64,000 nt of DNA from Escherichia coli (GTDB taxonomy: Bacteria > Pseudomonadota > Gammaproteobacteria > Enterobacterales > Enterobacteriaceae). The notes under the pieces are model-generated. The model was not told the origin of the DNA, did no database searches, and saw nothing but the letters and a program-made list of their open reading frames with translations. Position 1 is the first letter of the stretch. Every line of letters begins with the position of its first letter. A program made the translations under genes and the position numbers. This document shows positions 44,560 through 54,418 of this stretch, in pieces. The DNA lies in the NCBI RefSeq assembly GCF_016026235.1, contig NZ_CP065613.1. One strand, given 5' to 3'.

Positions 44560-46665
44560 ATGAACAAATCAGGGAAATACCTCGTCTGGACAGTGCTCTC
44601 TGTAATGGGAGCATTTGCTCTGGGATACATTGCTTTAAATCGTGGGGAACAGATCAACGCGCTGTGGATTGTGGTGGCGTCGGTCTGTATCTATCTGATC
44701 GCTTACCGTTTTTATGGCCTGTATATCGCCAAAAATGTGCTGGCGGTTGACCCGACGCGTATGACGCCAGCGGTGCGCCATAACGACGGGCTGGACTATG
44801 TGCCGACGGACAAGAAAGTGCTGTTCGGTCACCATTTTGCGGCCATTGCCGGAGCAGGTCCGTTGGTTGGGCCGGTACTGGCGGCGCAAATGGGTTACCT
44901 GCCAGGGATGATCTGGCTACTCGCCGGGGTGGTTCTCGCCGGTGCGGTGCAGGATTTCATGGTGCTGTTTGTTTCTACGCGCCGTGACGGTCGTTCGCTG
45001 GGTGAGCTGGTCAAAGAAGAGATGGGGCCAACCGCCGGGGTGATCGCGCTGGTGGCCTGCTTTATGATCATGGTCATTATCCTTGCAGTACTGGCGATGA
45101 TCGTGGTGAAAGCCCTGACTCATAGCCCGTGGGGAACGTATACCGTTGCGTTCACCATTCCGCTGGCGCTGTTTATGGGGATCTACCTGCGCTATCTGCG
45201 TCCGGGGCGTATTGGTGAAGTGTCGGTCATCGGTCTGGTATTCCTGATTTTCGCCATTATCTCTGGCGGCTGGGTGGCAGAAAGTCCGACCTGGGCACCG
45301 TACTTTGACTTTACCGGCGTGCAGCTGACCTGGATGCTGGTGGGTTACGGTTTTGTGGCGGCGGTGCTGCCGGTGTGGTTGCTGCTGGCTCCGCGTGACT
45401 ACCTCTCTACCTTCCTGAAAATCGGGACGATCGTCGGTCTGGCGGTAGGCATTTTGATTATGCGCCCGACGCTGACCATGCCTGCACTAACTAAATTTGT
45501 TGATGGTACTGGCCCGGTATGGACCGGTAACCTGTTCCCGTTCCTGTTTATCACCATCGCCTGTGGCGCGGTGTCAGGCTTCCATGCGCTGATCTCTTCC
45601 GGCACCACGCCGAAGATGCTGGCGAACGAAGGGCAGGCGTGCTTTATCGGCTACGGTGGAATGTTAATGGAATCCTTCGTGGCGATTATGGCGCTGGTTT
45701 CCGCCTGTATCATCGATCCGGGCGTTTACTTTGCCATGAACAGCCCAATGGCGGTGCTGGCTCCGGCAGGGACGGCGGATGTGGTCGCTTCTGCCGCGCA
45801 GGTGGTGAGTAGCTGGGGCTTTAGCATTACACCAGATACGCTCAACCAGATTGCCAGCGAAGTGGGTGAACAGTCGATCATTTCCCGTGCGGGCGGTGCG
45901 CCGACGTTGGCGGTGGGGATGGCTTACATCCTGCACGGTGCGCTGGGTGGTATGATGGATGTAGCGTTCTGGTATCACTTCGCCATTCTGTTTGAAGCAT
46001 TGTTTATTCTGACGGCGGTGGATGCAGGTACGCGTGCTGCGCGCTTTATGTTGCAGGATCTGCTGGGCGTGGTTTCTCCGGGCCTGAAACGGACCGATTC
46101 ACTGCCTGCTAACCTGCTGGCAACGGCGCTGTGCGTGCTAGCGTGGGGCTACTTCCTGCATCAGGGTGTGGTCGATCCGCTGGGCGGTATTAACACTCTG
46201 TGGCCGCTGTTTGGTATTGCCAACCAGATGCTGGCAGGGATGGCGCTGATGCTCTGTGCCGTGGTGCTGTTCAAAATGAAACGTCAACGTTACGCCTGGG
46301 TGGCGCTGGTACCAACGGCCTGGCTGCTGATTTGTACCCTGACCGCAGGCTGGCAGAAAGCGTTTAGCCCGGATGCGAAAGTCGGCTTCCTGGCCATTGC
46401 TAATAAGTTCCAGGCAATGATCGACAGCGGTAATATTCCGTCGCAGTATACTGAGTCACAGCTGGCGCAACTGGTGTTCAACAACCGTCTGGATGCCGGG
46501 TTAACCATCTTCTTTATGGTGGTCGTGGTGGTTCTGGCACTGTTCTCGATTAAGACGGCACTGGCGGCATTGAAAGAGCCGAAGCCAACGGCGAAAGAAA
46601 CGCCGTATGAGCCGATGCCGGAAAATGTTGAGGAGATCGTAGCGCAGGCGAAAGGTGCGCACTAA
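44560..46665 (+). CDS. cstA: CstA-family transporter (carbon starvation protein A; peptide/pyruvate uptake)
   Basis: 701-aa polytopic membrane ORF. Confidence 0.9.
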   Translation: MNKSGKYLVWTVLSVMGAFALGYIALNRGEQINALWIVVASVCIYLIAYRFYGLYIAKNVLAVDPTRMTPAVRHNDGLDYVPTDKKVLFGHHFAAIAGAGPLVGPVLAAQMGYLPGMIWLLAGVVLAGAVQDFMVLFVSTRRDGRSLGELVKEEMGPTAGVIALVACFMIMVIILAVLAMIVVKALTHSPWGTYTVAFTIPLALFMGIYLRYLRPGRIGEVSVIGLVFLIFAIISGGWVAESPTWAPYFDFTGVQLTWMLVGYGFVAAVLPVWLLLAPRDYLSTFLKIGTIVGLAVGILIMRPTLTMPALTKFVDGTGPVWTGNLFPFLFITIACGAVSGFHALISSGTTPKMLANEGQACFIGYGGMLMESFVAIMALVSACIIDPGVYFAMNSPMAVLAPAGTADVVASAAQVVSSWGFSITPDTLNQIASEVGEQSIISRAGGAPTLAVGMAYILHGALGGMMDVAFWYHFAILFEALFILTAVDAGTRAARFMLQDLLGVVSPGLKRTDSLPANLLATALCVLAWGYFLHQGVVDPLGGINTLWPLFGIANQMLAGMALMLCAVVLFKMKRQRYAWVALVPTAWLLICTLTAGWQKAFSPDAKVGFLAIANKFQAMIDSGNIPSQYTESQLAQLVFNNRLDAGLTIFFMVVVVVLALFSIKTALAALKEPKPTAKETPYEPMPENVEEIVAQAKGAH

Positions 46666-46778
46666 AGTCAGAGTGAGGGGGGATGTTGGCGAATGTTGGC
46701 ATAGTGCCGAGGGTTCCCCCTCACCCTAACCCTCTCCCCGATGGGGCGAGGGGACTGACCGAGCGCGTTGATAGCATT

Positions 46779-46814
46779 TGTAGGCCGGATAAAGCGTTCA
46801 CGCCGCATCCGGCA
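46779..46814. repeat. REP element between cstA and ybdD
   Basis: TGTAGGCCGGATAAAGCGTTCACGCCGCATCCGGCA; a GC-rich imperfect palindrome lies just upstream at 46716-46754. Confidence 0.55.
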
Positions 46815-46846
46815 CTCATTCAGCAACATGGTTAGCGGAGGCCAAG

Positions 46847-47044
46847 ATGTTTGATTCACTGGCAAAAGCCGGAAAATATTTAGGTCAGGCGGCGAAGCTG
46901 ATGATTGGTATGCCTGATTACGACAACTATGTCGAACATATGCGGGTTAACCATCCCGATCAAACGCCGATGACCTACGAAGAGTTTTTCCGTGAGCGGC
47001 AGGACGCGCGCTACGGTGGAAAAGGCGGCGCGCGCTGCTGCTAA
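46847..47044 (+). CDS. ybdD: Small protein YbdD (YjiX family; partner of CstA-type transporters)
   Basis: 65-aa [35 protein letters not shown]... immediately downstream of cstA. Confidence 0.75.
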   Translation: MFDSLAKAGKYLGQAAKLMIGMPDYDNYVEHMRVNHPDQTPMTYEEFFRERQDARYGGKGGARCC

Positions 47045-47053
47045 ATTTGCACG

Positions 47054-48142
47054 TCAGGCTTTAAACGATTCCACTTTTTCGAACGCTGCACGCAACGTAT
47101 CTGGTGTCAGCGTGACTGGCAGGTAATGAATGGACTCCACCGGGCGCAAGGTGTGGGCAATCACTTTGTCGATCTCCGCCTGATTATTGATATCCACTTC
47201 CAGCTCCGCCAGCGTAGTCGGCAGATGAAAACGCTGATACGCTCCAGTTAATTGCGCCAGAACATCATTCTGACCCAGCAAGGCGCTTTGCACCAGAATT
47301 CCGTAGGCGACTTTGGTGCCGTGGAGAAACTTCTCGGTTTGTGGCAGGACAGTCAGACCGTTATGTACGGCATGGGCCGCCGCTACACGCGTAAAACGAT
47401 CGCCCAGACCACCGACCATTCCACCTCCGGCGATAATCGCATCCACCACATCGCAAAATGATTGCGTTAACTGTTGATTTTGCTGATCGCTCAGCGCCTG
47501 TTCGCTACTGTTTAACAAGACGTCGCGAATGGCCTGCGCATTATTGATTCCCAGCCGCACGGTTAGCGGCAACGTTTCTGGTTGCGGAGCCAGCACCACC
47601 GCTTCATACCATTTCGCCAGCGTGTCACCGATCCCCGCCAGCAGATATTGTTGCGGCGCATTGAGGATAATCTCTGGTTCCACCAGCACCATAAAATTGG
47701 CGTCGTCGAAAATCTCATAATGCAGCGCCTGTCCGGCATCGTTATACCAGACGGAGAGCGGTGTCCAGGCGGCGCAGGTGGCGGCGATCGTTGGAGCGGC
47801 AACAAATGGCAGACCGAGACGGCGGGCGAGGGCTTTCGCGGTGTCGAGTAGTGCGCCGCCGCCGACGCCAATCACCACGCTGCGATCGTCACCGGACTCA
47901 GCCGCCAGTTGCTGTACATCGCTTTCGCTGCAATGACCACGAAACAAAATATGCTTTGCCCCTGGAAGTCCAAACGCTGGCGGAAGTTTGGTTTGCGCCG
48001 CAGCAATGGCGCGTTCGCCGTAGATCCACACCGCGCGAGAAAGTTGTTCATCAGTGAAAAAATCGTGCAGGTGATTGAAACTTCCTGGATGTGAAAAGTA
48101 GTTAGCCGGGCCGACGACCACGCGGATAGGATTGTGAGGCAT
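47054..48142 (-). CDS. ybdH: Iron-containing alcohol dehydrogenase-family protein YbdH (hydroxycarboxylate dehydrogenase)
   Basis: 362-aa ORF with a glycerol-dehydrogenase-like fold. Confidence 0.85.
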   Translation of the reverse strand: MPHNPIRVVVGPANYFSHPGSFNHLHDFFTDEQLSRAVWIYGERAIAAAQTKLPPAFGLPGAKHILFRGHCSESDVQQLAAESGDDRSVVIGVGGGALLDTAKALARRLGLPFVAAPTIAATCAAWTPLSVWYNDAGQALHYEIFDDANFMVLVEPEIILNAPQQYLLAGIGDTLAKWYEAVVLAPQPETLPLTVRLGINNAQAIRDVLLNSSEQALSDQQNQQLTQSFCDVVDAIIAGGGMVGGLGDRFTRVAAAHAVHNGLTVLPQTEKFLHGTKVAYGILVQSALLGQNDVLAQLTGAYQRFHLPTTLAELEVDINNQAEIDKVIAHTLRPVESIHYLPVTLTPDTLRAAFEKVESFKA

Positions 48143-48250
48143 GTTGTGTTGTCCTTATTGTTTTATTTAGACATCTAAACGTCTTGATTGCCAAATACTA
48201 GCATCGTGTTATAGTGCCTTCAACACGCAACTTCGTCAGGTACAATAAAA

Positions 48251-49411
48251 ATGACAAATAACCCTCTGATTCCACAAAGCAAACTTCCACAACTTGGCAC
48301 CACTATTTTCACCCAGATGAGCGCGCTGGCGCAGCAACACCAGGCGATTAACCTGTCGCAAGGCTTTCCTGATTTTGATGGTCCGCGCTATTTACAGGAG
48401 CGGCTGGCGTACCACGTTGCCCAGGGGGCAAACCAATACGCGCCCATGACCGGCGTGCAGGTCTTGCGCGAGGCGATTGCTCAGAAAACGGAACGTTTGT
48501 ATGGCTATCAACCAGATGCCGATAGCGATATCACCGTAACGGCAGGGGCGACGGAAGCGTTATACGCGGCGATTACCGCACTGGTGCGCAATGGCGATGA
48601 AGTGATTTGTTTTGATCCCAGCTATGACAGTTACGCCCCCGCCATCGCGCTTTCTGGGGGAATAGTGAAGCGTATGGCACTGCAACCACCGCATTTTCGC
48701 GTTGACTGGCAGGAATTTGCCGCATTGTTAAGCGAGCGCACCAGACTGGTGATCCTCAACACTCCGCATAATCCCAGTGCAACTGTCTGGCAGCAGGCTG
48801 ATTTCGCCGCTTTGTGGCAGGCGATTGCCGGGCACGAGATTTTTGTCATTAGCGATGAAGTCTACGAGCACATCAACTTTTCACAACAGGGCCATGCCAG
48901 TGTGCTGGCGCATCCGCAGCTGCGTGAGCGGGCAGTGGCGGTGTCATCGTTTGGCAAGACCTATCATATGACCGGCTGGAAAGTGGGTTATTGCATAGCG
49001 CCAGCGCCCATCAGTGCCGAAATTCGCAAGGTACATCAGTATCTGACATTTTCGGTAAATACCCCGGCACAGCTGGCAATTGCGGATATGCTACGTGCAG
49101 AACCTGAGCATTATCTTGCGTTACCGGACTTTTATCGCCAGAAGCGCGATATTCTGGTGAATGCTTTAAATGAAAGCCGGCTGGAGATTTTACCGTGTGA
49201 AGGTACATACTTTTTGCTGGTGGATTACAGCGCCGTATCTACCCTGGATGATGTTGAGTTTTGCCAGTGGCTGACGCAGGAGCACGGCGTAGCGGCGATT
49301 CCGCTATCGGTGTTTTGCGCCGATCCCTTCCCTCATAAACTGATTCGTCTCTGTTTTGCCAAGAAGGAATCGACGTTGCTGGCAGCCGCTGAACGCCTGC
49401 GCCAGCTTTAG
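48251..49411 (+). CDS. ybdL: PLP-dependent aminotransferase YbdL (methionine aminotransferase)
   Basis: 386-aa ORF with the class I aminotransferase lysine region (SFGKTYHMTGWKVGY). Confidence 0.85.
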   Translation: MTNNPLIPQSKLPQLGTTIFTQMSALAQQHQAINLSQGFPDFDGPRYLQERLAYHVAQGANQYAPMTGVQVLREAIAQKTERLYGYQPDADSDITVTAGATEALYAAITALVRNGDEVICFDPSYDSYAPAIALSGGIVKRMALQPPHFRVDWQEFAALLSERTRLVILNTPHNPSATVWQQADFAALWQAIAGHEIFVISDEVYEHINFSQQGHASVLAHPQLRERAVAVSSFGKTYHMTGWKVGYCIAPAPISAEIRKVHQYLTFSVNTPAQLAIADMLRAEPEHYLALPDFYRQKRDILVNALNESRLEILPCEGTYFLLVDYSAVSTLDDVEFCQWLTQEHGVAAIPLSVFCADPFPHKLIRLCFAKKESTLLAAAERLRQL

Positions 49412-50041
49412 CTATTTAACCGTCCAGGCGCGGGAATATTGACGGTCGGCAAACAACTCTTGCAGGCCGTTAATTTGCTTCAGGCGCAGCACTTCGTCGC
49501 TGTCCATTCCCAGCTCTTTGCCAATTTTATTATCGTCCCATCCCAACTGGCTAAGTTCACGGACGATTTCCGACATGGCGGTGATTTGATGGCGTCCACG
49601 AGCGCGATTATGACGAATAGTCGCGGCGATGCGTTGATTACGCGTACCTTCCAGACAGGTCACCGGCAAATAACCTTTTAAGCGTAATTTTAATGATGAT
49701 GAGCCTTTACCAATTTCATGGCGGTGAAAACCATCCACGATTTCCAGGGCATTTTTATCCGTATGCGTGACCACAATGGGTTGGGTAAAACCATCTATTT
49801 CAATGGATTTTTTCAGCAGTTTTTTTTCGGGTGGTGCCACGTTGTTTGGGTTGTAATCATTAGGCATAAGTTGGCTGTTTTTAACCCACAGAACGCAATC
49901 CACTGGCTCTTCACGAAAGGGGCTAACCTGATGGATCGCCATGCGGATTTCATTAATCGCTTTGATGCGATCATCTTCCGGCAAGCTGGCGAGAAATTGG
50001 GTTAAATCCTGCGTTAATCGTTGTTGCATAGTATCCCCCAT
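49412..50041 (-). CDS. ybdM: ParB/Srx-fold protein YbdM with a DGFHR motif (DndB/DGQHR-like)
   Basis: 209-aa ORF containing EIVDGFHRHEIGK; its start lies 28 nt inside the 3' end of ybdN. Confidence 0.8.
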   Translation of the reverse strand: MGDTMQQRLTQDLTQFLASLPEDDRIKAINEIRMAIHQVSPFREEPVDCVLWVKNSQLMPNDYNPNNVAPPEKKLLKKSIEIDGFTQPIVVTHTDKNALEIVDGFHRHEIGKGSSSLKLRLKGYLPVTCLEGTRNQRIAATIRHNRARGRHQITAMSEIVRELSQLGWDDNKIGKELGMDSDEVLRLKQINGLQELFADRQYSRAWTVK

Positions 50042-51234
50042 TCCTGACGTTTTCCTTTTATCCGTTCGTTATAACGCTGATAGTTCTTCGCTTTCGTAGG
50101 ACTAAATGATAATGCCCGACACCAGTAATCGTTATTGAGTAAAACTTTGCATATCCGCCGCCAGGAGGGGATATCTTTCGCGCCAATGTCCCCTTGCTGG
50201 GTTTGTGGAACCTCGATGCCTTTTTTCTGATACCAGTGCAAATAAATGGCGATTTTATTGCGGTAATGCTCAGCTGTTTTCTCCGGCATGCTATTGAGCA
50301 GCAATAATGCATATTCTTGCCAGTCTAAATGTTCTGGCTTGAGGATTTTCCGATGCCCATAGAAATGATTGTCATGTCCGGCGTAAATGCCGCCACTTTT
50401 TACCCCGCTGACTCGTGCGCACATAGCAGCCCAGCGATCCGGTTCGATAACGTGATAGAGCCATAATCCTTGTCGTTGCTCCGGGCCAAAAGGTTCGCAA
50501 ATTCGCATATGACGCAGAGGAACGCCTGCCTGATACATTAGGTTATACAGTGGGTTGCAGAGACTTTGATGATTTGCATACCAGGTCCAGATATCAGCCA
50601 CTTTCCAGTCGTAAATGGGGTAAATGTACCAGCTATGACCGCCTGGTGCGGCCGTAGTCCAGGGTTTATCGTCGGCAAAACGTTGTTTATTTAAACTGGC
50701 GATGGCGACAAAACGGTTGTAGGACTCATCCGCACGGATGCCGATCATCATCGCCGCCGGACGTTTTTGTGAAAACCATTCGGCAAACTCACGTACAAAT
50801 TGTTCGAAGGTCATGCCTGGCTGGTAAAAGCAGAAAAAGTCAGGATCGGTTATCGCATCTTGCGGGGGCTGACGCACCCATTCGACATCAGGTTCCCAGC
50901 ACTGCCATTCGGGTTGGTATTGTGAAAGGGAATTTTGCGTCGTAAGCGGGAGCGCAACCCAGTAAAACTCTTCGATGACATCGGTGTACAACTCGCGCAG
51001 GGACTGAACATAGTTAATGGTGCAAGAGAATTGCGCCTCCCAGTCGATAAACAAAACGCAGATTTTTTTGCCCATTTGTCGGGCAAGTTCGGCTGTCAGA
51101 TGCAGCATTAAACCAGAGTCTTTGCCGCCAGAAAATGAGACACAAACGCGGGGTAGGGTGTTGAGTGTCCAGGTAATACGCTCTCGTGCAGCTTCCAGAA
51201 TATTGAGCGGAAGAGGAATTTTATAAATAGACAT
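50014..51234 (-). CDS. ybdN: PAPS-reductase-like PP-loop ATP pyrophosphatase-family protein YbdN
   Basis: 406-aa ORF with the PP-loop SFSGGKDS near the N-terminus. Confidence 0.8.
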   Translation of the reverse strand: MSIYKIPLPLNILEAARERITWTLNTLPRVCVSFSGGKDSGLMLHLTAELARQMGKKICVLFIDWEAQFSCTINYVQSLRELYTDVIEEFYWVALPLTTQNSLSQYQPEWQCWEPDVEWVRQPPQDAITDPDFFCFYQPGMTFEQFVREFAEWFSQKRPAAMMIGIRADESYNRFVAIASLNKQRFADDKPWTTAAPGGHSWYIYPIYDWKVADIWTWYANHQSLCNPLYNLMYQAGVPLRHMRICEPFGPEQRQGLWLYHVIEPDRWAAMCARVSGVKSGGIYAGHDNHFYGHRKILKPEHLDWQEYALLLLNSMPEKTAEHYRNKIAIYLHWYQKKGIEVPQTQQGDIGAKDIPSWRRICKVLLNNDYWCRALSFSPTKAKNYQRYNERIKGKRQEWGILCNND

Positions 51235-51380
51235 CTGAAGACGCTCTCTGAACGTTACAGGGTGAACAGTGAGATAAGACTGTTAATTATAAAGTAAACA
51301 CTGTAAAGCAGAGTGTTTTATTTTTCATTCGCGCTGTGAATAAATAGATGAAAGTTATAGTAGCTGTCTGTAGTTATATA

Positions 51381-52283
51381 TCAAAAACTCTCATTTAGAC
51401 GGTCAATAAATCGGGAGAACACCAAATTATTTAAAGAAGATTTATTATAGGAAATGTAAAGCTTTATTGAAGGTAACGGATGTTCTAGTTTTATCTCTTT
51501 TAAATTAAGAAAGTCACGGTGGGAGTTATAAAGTTCATAGGGGACTATTCCCAGTAAATCTGTAACTGCAATGCTATTAATTATTGTCAGCAAAGAGGAA
51601 CCACGAAATGAAATTTTGCGATTCATAAACTTCTCGTCTATTTCCATTTGAATATCATCAACTCCTGCTGATTTGGATATTAATTGGGTGAACTCTTCTG
51701 CCATAATTTGTTCATAAGTGCTATTGTCAGTAATTCGCGGATGCTTATTACTACAAATTAGAGTATTGCGAATTGTATGCAATGGCATGCAAATGACGGA
51801 ACGGCTGATCACTGGCATTTGGGTGATCACCAGATCGGCTTTGCGGTGAACCAACAGTTCTTCAGCATTCTCTGCTGACATGAGGATATCATGGCACTCA
51901 ATCTCGACAGAGGCATCTTGCCGTAGGCAGCGGATCAGCATACTATTATTAGAGCAAGAAATGAGCTGAGGGCCGTAGATAATAAAGTTTTTCTTTAGTT
52001 CGGACTTATTGACTATATTAATTGTTTGTTCAAGGCCTTTGAGGTTTTTCTCAAGATGGTGATGCAGATTCAACCCTGTTGTCGTCGGCGCGATACCTTT
52101 TCCTGAGCGAATGAATAAAGGGTCATTAAATTGCGCACGTAAGCGTTGTAACGACTGGCTCACGGCTGATGGGGTGATATATAGTGATTCAGCAGCTTTG
52201 CTAATGCTTAAATGCTGGTAAATACACTCAAATATGACAAGAAGATTTAAGTCGAACTTTTTCAAGTCGTAGAGATTGGCCAT
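51381..52283 (-). CDS. ybdO: LysR-type transcriptional regulator YbdO
   Basis: 300-aa ORF with an N-terminal LysR helix-turn-helix region; the coding sequence is conspicuously AT-rich. Confidence 0.8.
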   Translation of the reverse strand: MANLYDLKKFDLNLLVIFECIYQHLSISKAAESLYITPSAVSQSLQRLRAQFNDPLFIRSGKGIAPTTTGLNLHHHLEKNLKGLEQTINIVNKSELKKNFIIYGPQLISCSNNSMLIRCLRQDASVEIECHDILMSAENAEELLVHRKADLVITQMPVISRSVICMPLHTIRNTLICSNKHPRITDNSTYEQIMAEEFTQLISKSAGVDDIQMEIDEKFMNRKISFRGSSLLTIINSIAVTDLLGIVPYELYNSHRDFLNLKEIKLEHPLPSIKLYISYNKSSLNNLVFSRFIDRLNESF

Positions 52284-52492
52284 ACACTACTCCGGTTATA
52301 TTTTTCTTCCATGATATATTCACTTAATCAATGTTTTTTTGCGTATATATTTTTATTGATTATGTTTTTTTGCTTAACTCAGGATTAAGTTTTTCTAAAA
52401 TAGCACAGCCACTTAGGGCAGAGCGAGCAATTCATGCTTTTTTAGGATGGTTGAAAAGCAGAGATATAGTTCAACCATCCATGAATTACCTT

Positions 52493-53239
52493 TTATTTAT
52501 TCCCCATAATGATATTAAGCGTTTTCTGATCGGGCAACCCCACGGCCTGTTGTAACGTATTTTCCTTACTCATGTAATAGATAGCCGGCGTGACATTTGC
52601 CCCCAGATCGTCCATCAGTTTCTCATTGTCACTTAACACTTTCATTTGCTCTGTACTTACGTTTGCAGGCACGTTTAGCTTAAGCTTGCCACCAGAGGCT
52701 TCATATTGTTGCCAGGTTTTTGCGGGATCTTTGGAGGCAAGAATTGCCGCTGCTGTCGCCGGGCTTTCTGGCTTGATAACCCCAACCAACAATGTTCTTA
52801 ATTGCACTTTGCCAGAATCTACCCACGGGCGCGCCTGCTGCCAGAACTGTTTACAATATGGGCAGAACGGATCGGCGAAGACGTAGACAATGACCGGCGC
52901 ATCTTTTTTACCGTCGAGGAGCCAGTGGGATTGTTCCATCCGTTGCCACATTTCGCGTCCGGCTGGTGCGTAAATTTCTTTTTCGATAAGTGTGTTACTC
53001 AGGTTTTCACCTTTCTCGTTGTACATGTAACCAGAGATAGCGTGCTTACCATCTGGAGTCAGGTAGATGGTGACGCCCATATCCTGATACTTTCCGAGAT
53101 AACCTTTCATTCCTCCGGGGGCATCGAACGTTTTGATGATTGTAATGCCCTGTTTTTCAATCGCTTTTACTGGAGCAGGAAGTTCCTCTGCGAAGGCGAT
53201 TGCAGGAAGCAGAGCCAGTAAAAGTATCTTTTTTAACAT
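52493..53239 (-). CDS. dsbG: Periplasmic thiol:disulfide oxidoreductase DsbG
   Basis: 248-aa reading from [17 protein letters not shown] with the CPYC active site; the track ORF is 20 codons longer. Confidence 0.85.
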   Translation of the reverse strand: MLKKILLLALLPAIAFAEELPAPVKAIEKQGITIIKTFDAPGGMKGYLGKYQDMGVTIYLTPDGKHAISGYMYNEKGENLSNTLIEKEIYAPAGREMWQRMEQSHWLLDGKKDAPVIVYVFADPFCPYCKQFWQQARPWVDSGKVQLRTLLVGVIKPESPATAAAILASKDPAKTWQQYEASGGKLKLNVPANVSTEQMKVLSDNEKLMDDLGANVTPAIYYMSKENTLQQAVGLPDQKTLNIIMGNK

Positions 53240-53520
53240 TAATTTGTCCTTTTCAGTCAGTGCAAAAGTCGAGTAAAAGGCATAACCTATCACTGTCATA
53301 GGTAAGAGCTTAGATCAGGTGATTGCCCTTTGTTTATGAGGGTGTTGTAATCCATGTCGTTGTTGCATTTGTAAGGGCAACACCTCAGCCTGCAGGCAGA
53401 CGCTGAAGATACCAAAGGGTAGTTCAGATTACACGGTCACCTGGAAAGGGGGCCATTTTACTTTTTATCGCCGCTGGCGGTGCAAAGTTCACAAAGTTGT
53501 CTTACGAAGGTTGTAAGGTA

Positions 53521-53566
53521 AAACTTATCGATTTGATAATGGAAACGCATTAGCCGAATCGGCAAA
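53521..53566. promoter_or_regulatory. Putative OxyR-responsive operator region of the divergent dsbG / ahpC promoters
   Basis: ATCGATTTGATAATGGAAACGCATTAGCCGAATCGG carries four spaced ATCG/ATAG-like elements about 50-90 bp upstream of ahpC; not verified against a footprint. Confidence 0.3.
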
Positions 53567-53610
53567 AATTGGTTACCTTACATCTCATCGAAAACACGGA
53601 GGAAGTATAG

Positions 53611-54174
53611 ATGTCCTTGATTAACACCAAAATTAAACCTTTTAAAAACCAGGCATTCAAAAACGGCGAATTCATCGAAATCACCGAAAAAGATACCGAA
53701 GGCCGCTGGAGCGTCTTCTTCTTCTACCCGGCTGACTTTACTTTCGTATGCCCGACCGAACTGGGTGACGTTGCTGACCACTACGAAGAACTGCAGAAAC
53801 TGGGCGTAGACGTATACGCAGTATCTACCGATACTCACTTCACCCACAAAGCATGGCACAGCAGCTCTGAAACCATCGCTAAAATCAAATATGCGATGAT
53901 CGGCGACCCGACTGGCGCCCTGACCCGTAACTTCGACAACATGCGTGAAGATGAAGGTCTGGCTGACCGTGCGACCTTCGTTGTTGACCCGCAGGGTATC
54001 ATCCAGGCAATCGAAGTTACCGCTGAAGGCATTGGCCGTGACGCGTCTGACCTGCTGCGTAAAATCAAAGCAGCACAGTACGTAGCTTCTCACCCAGGTG
54101 AAGTTTGCCCGGCTAAATGGAAAGAAGGTGAAGCAACTCTGGCTCCGTCTCTGGACCTGGTTGGTAAAATCTAA
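53611..54174 (+). CDS. ahpC: Alkyl hydroperoxide reductase, peroxiredoxin subunit AhpC
   Basis: 187-aa ORF with the peroxidatic region (FTFVCPTE). Confidence 0.95.
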   Translation: MSLINTKIKPFKNQAFKNGEFIEITEKDTEGRWSVFFFYPADFTFVCPTELGDVADHYEELQKLGVDVYAVSTDTHFTHKAWHSSSETIAKIKYAMIGDPTGALTRNFDNMREDEGLADRATFVVDPQGIIQAIEVTAEGIGRDASDLLRKIKAAQYVASHPGEVCPAKWKEGEATLAPSLDLVGKI

Positions 54175-54312
54175 ATTTCCTTCGTTTTTCACGCCATAGC
54201 GGCGTTGGCGTCGCCCGCTCACCCCGGTCACTTACTTGTGTAAGCTCCCGGGGATTCACAGGCTAGCCGCCTTGCTCTGACGCGAAATACTTCGGAAATT
54301 CACCTAATTCTT

Positions 54313-54340
54313 CGGGTGCTGCGGCACCCGATTTTCTTCC
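54313..54340 (+). terminator. Stem-loop plus U-tract in the ahpC-ahpF intergenic region (candidate partial terminator/attenuator)
   Basis: CGGGTGC-TGC-GGCACCCG followed by ATTTTCTT; a second long hairpin lies at 54221-54253. Confidence 0.35.
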
Positions 54341-54418
54341 CCGCACCATGATGCAAGCTGCATCCAGGTAGCCGTAGAGGCCGCTTGCATGATGATGTTT
54401 AAAGCCCAGGAGATAAAC

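Noticed and set aside
51297-51330. Possible terminator hairpin (AAACACTGTAAAGCAGAGTGTTT) between ybdO and ybdN
   Set aside because: The T-rich tract follows the hairpin on the plus strand, but the flanking genes are on the minus strand; the orientation is ambiguous, so it was not annotated.
52331-52555. 74-aa plus-strand ORF in the AT-rich ybdO-dsbG spacer
   Set aside because: Its 3' end overlaps the dsbG coding region on the opposite strand, it has no convincing ribosome-binding site, and its open frame is expected by chance in AT-rich promoter DNA.
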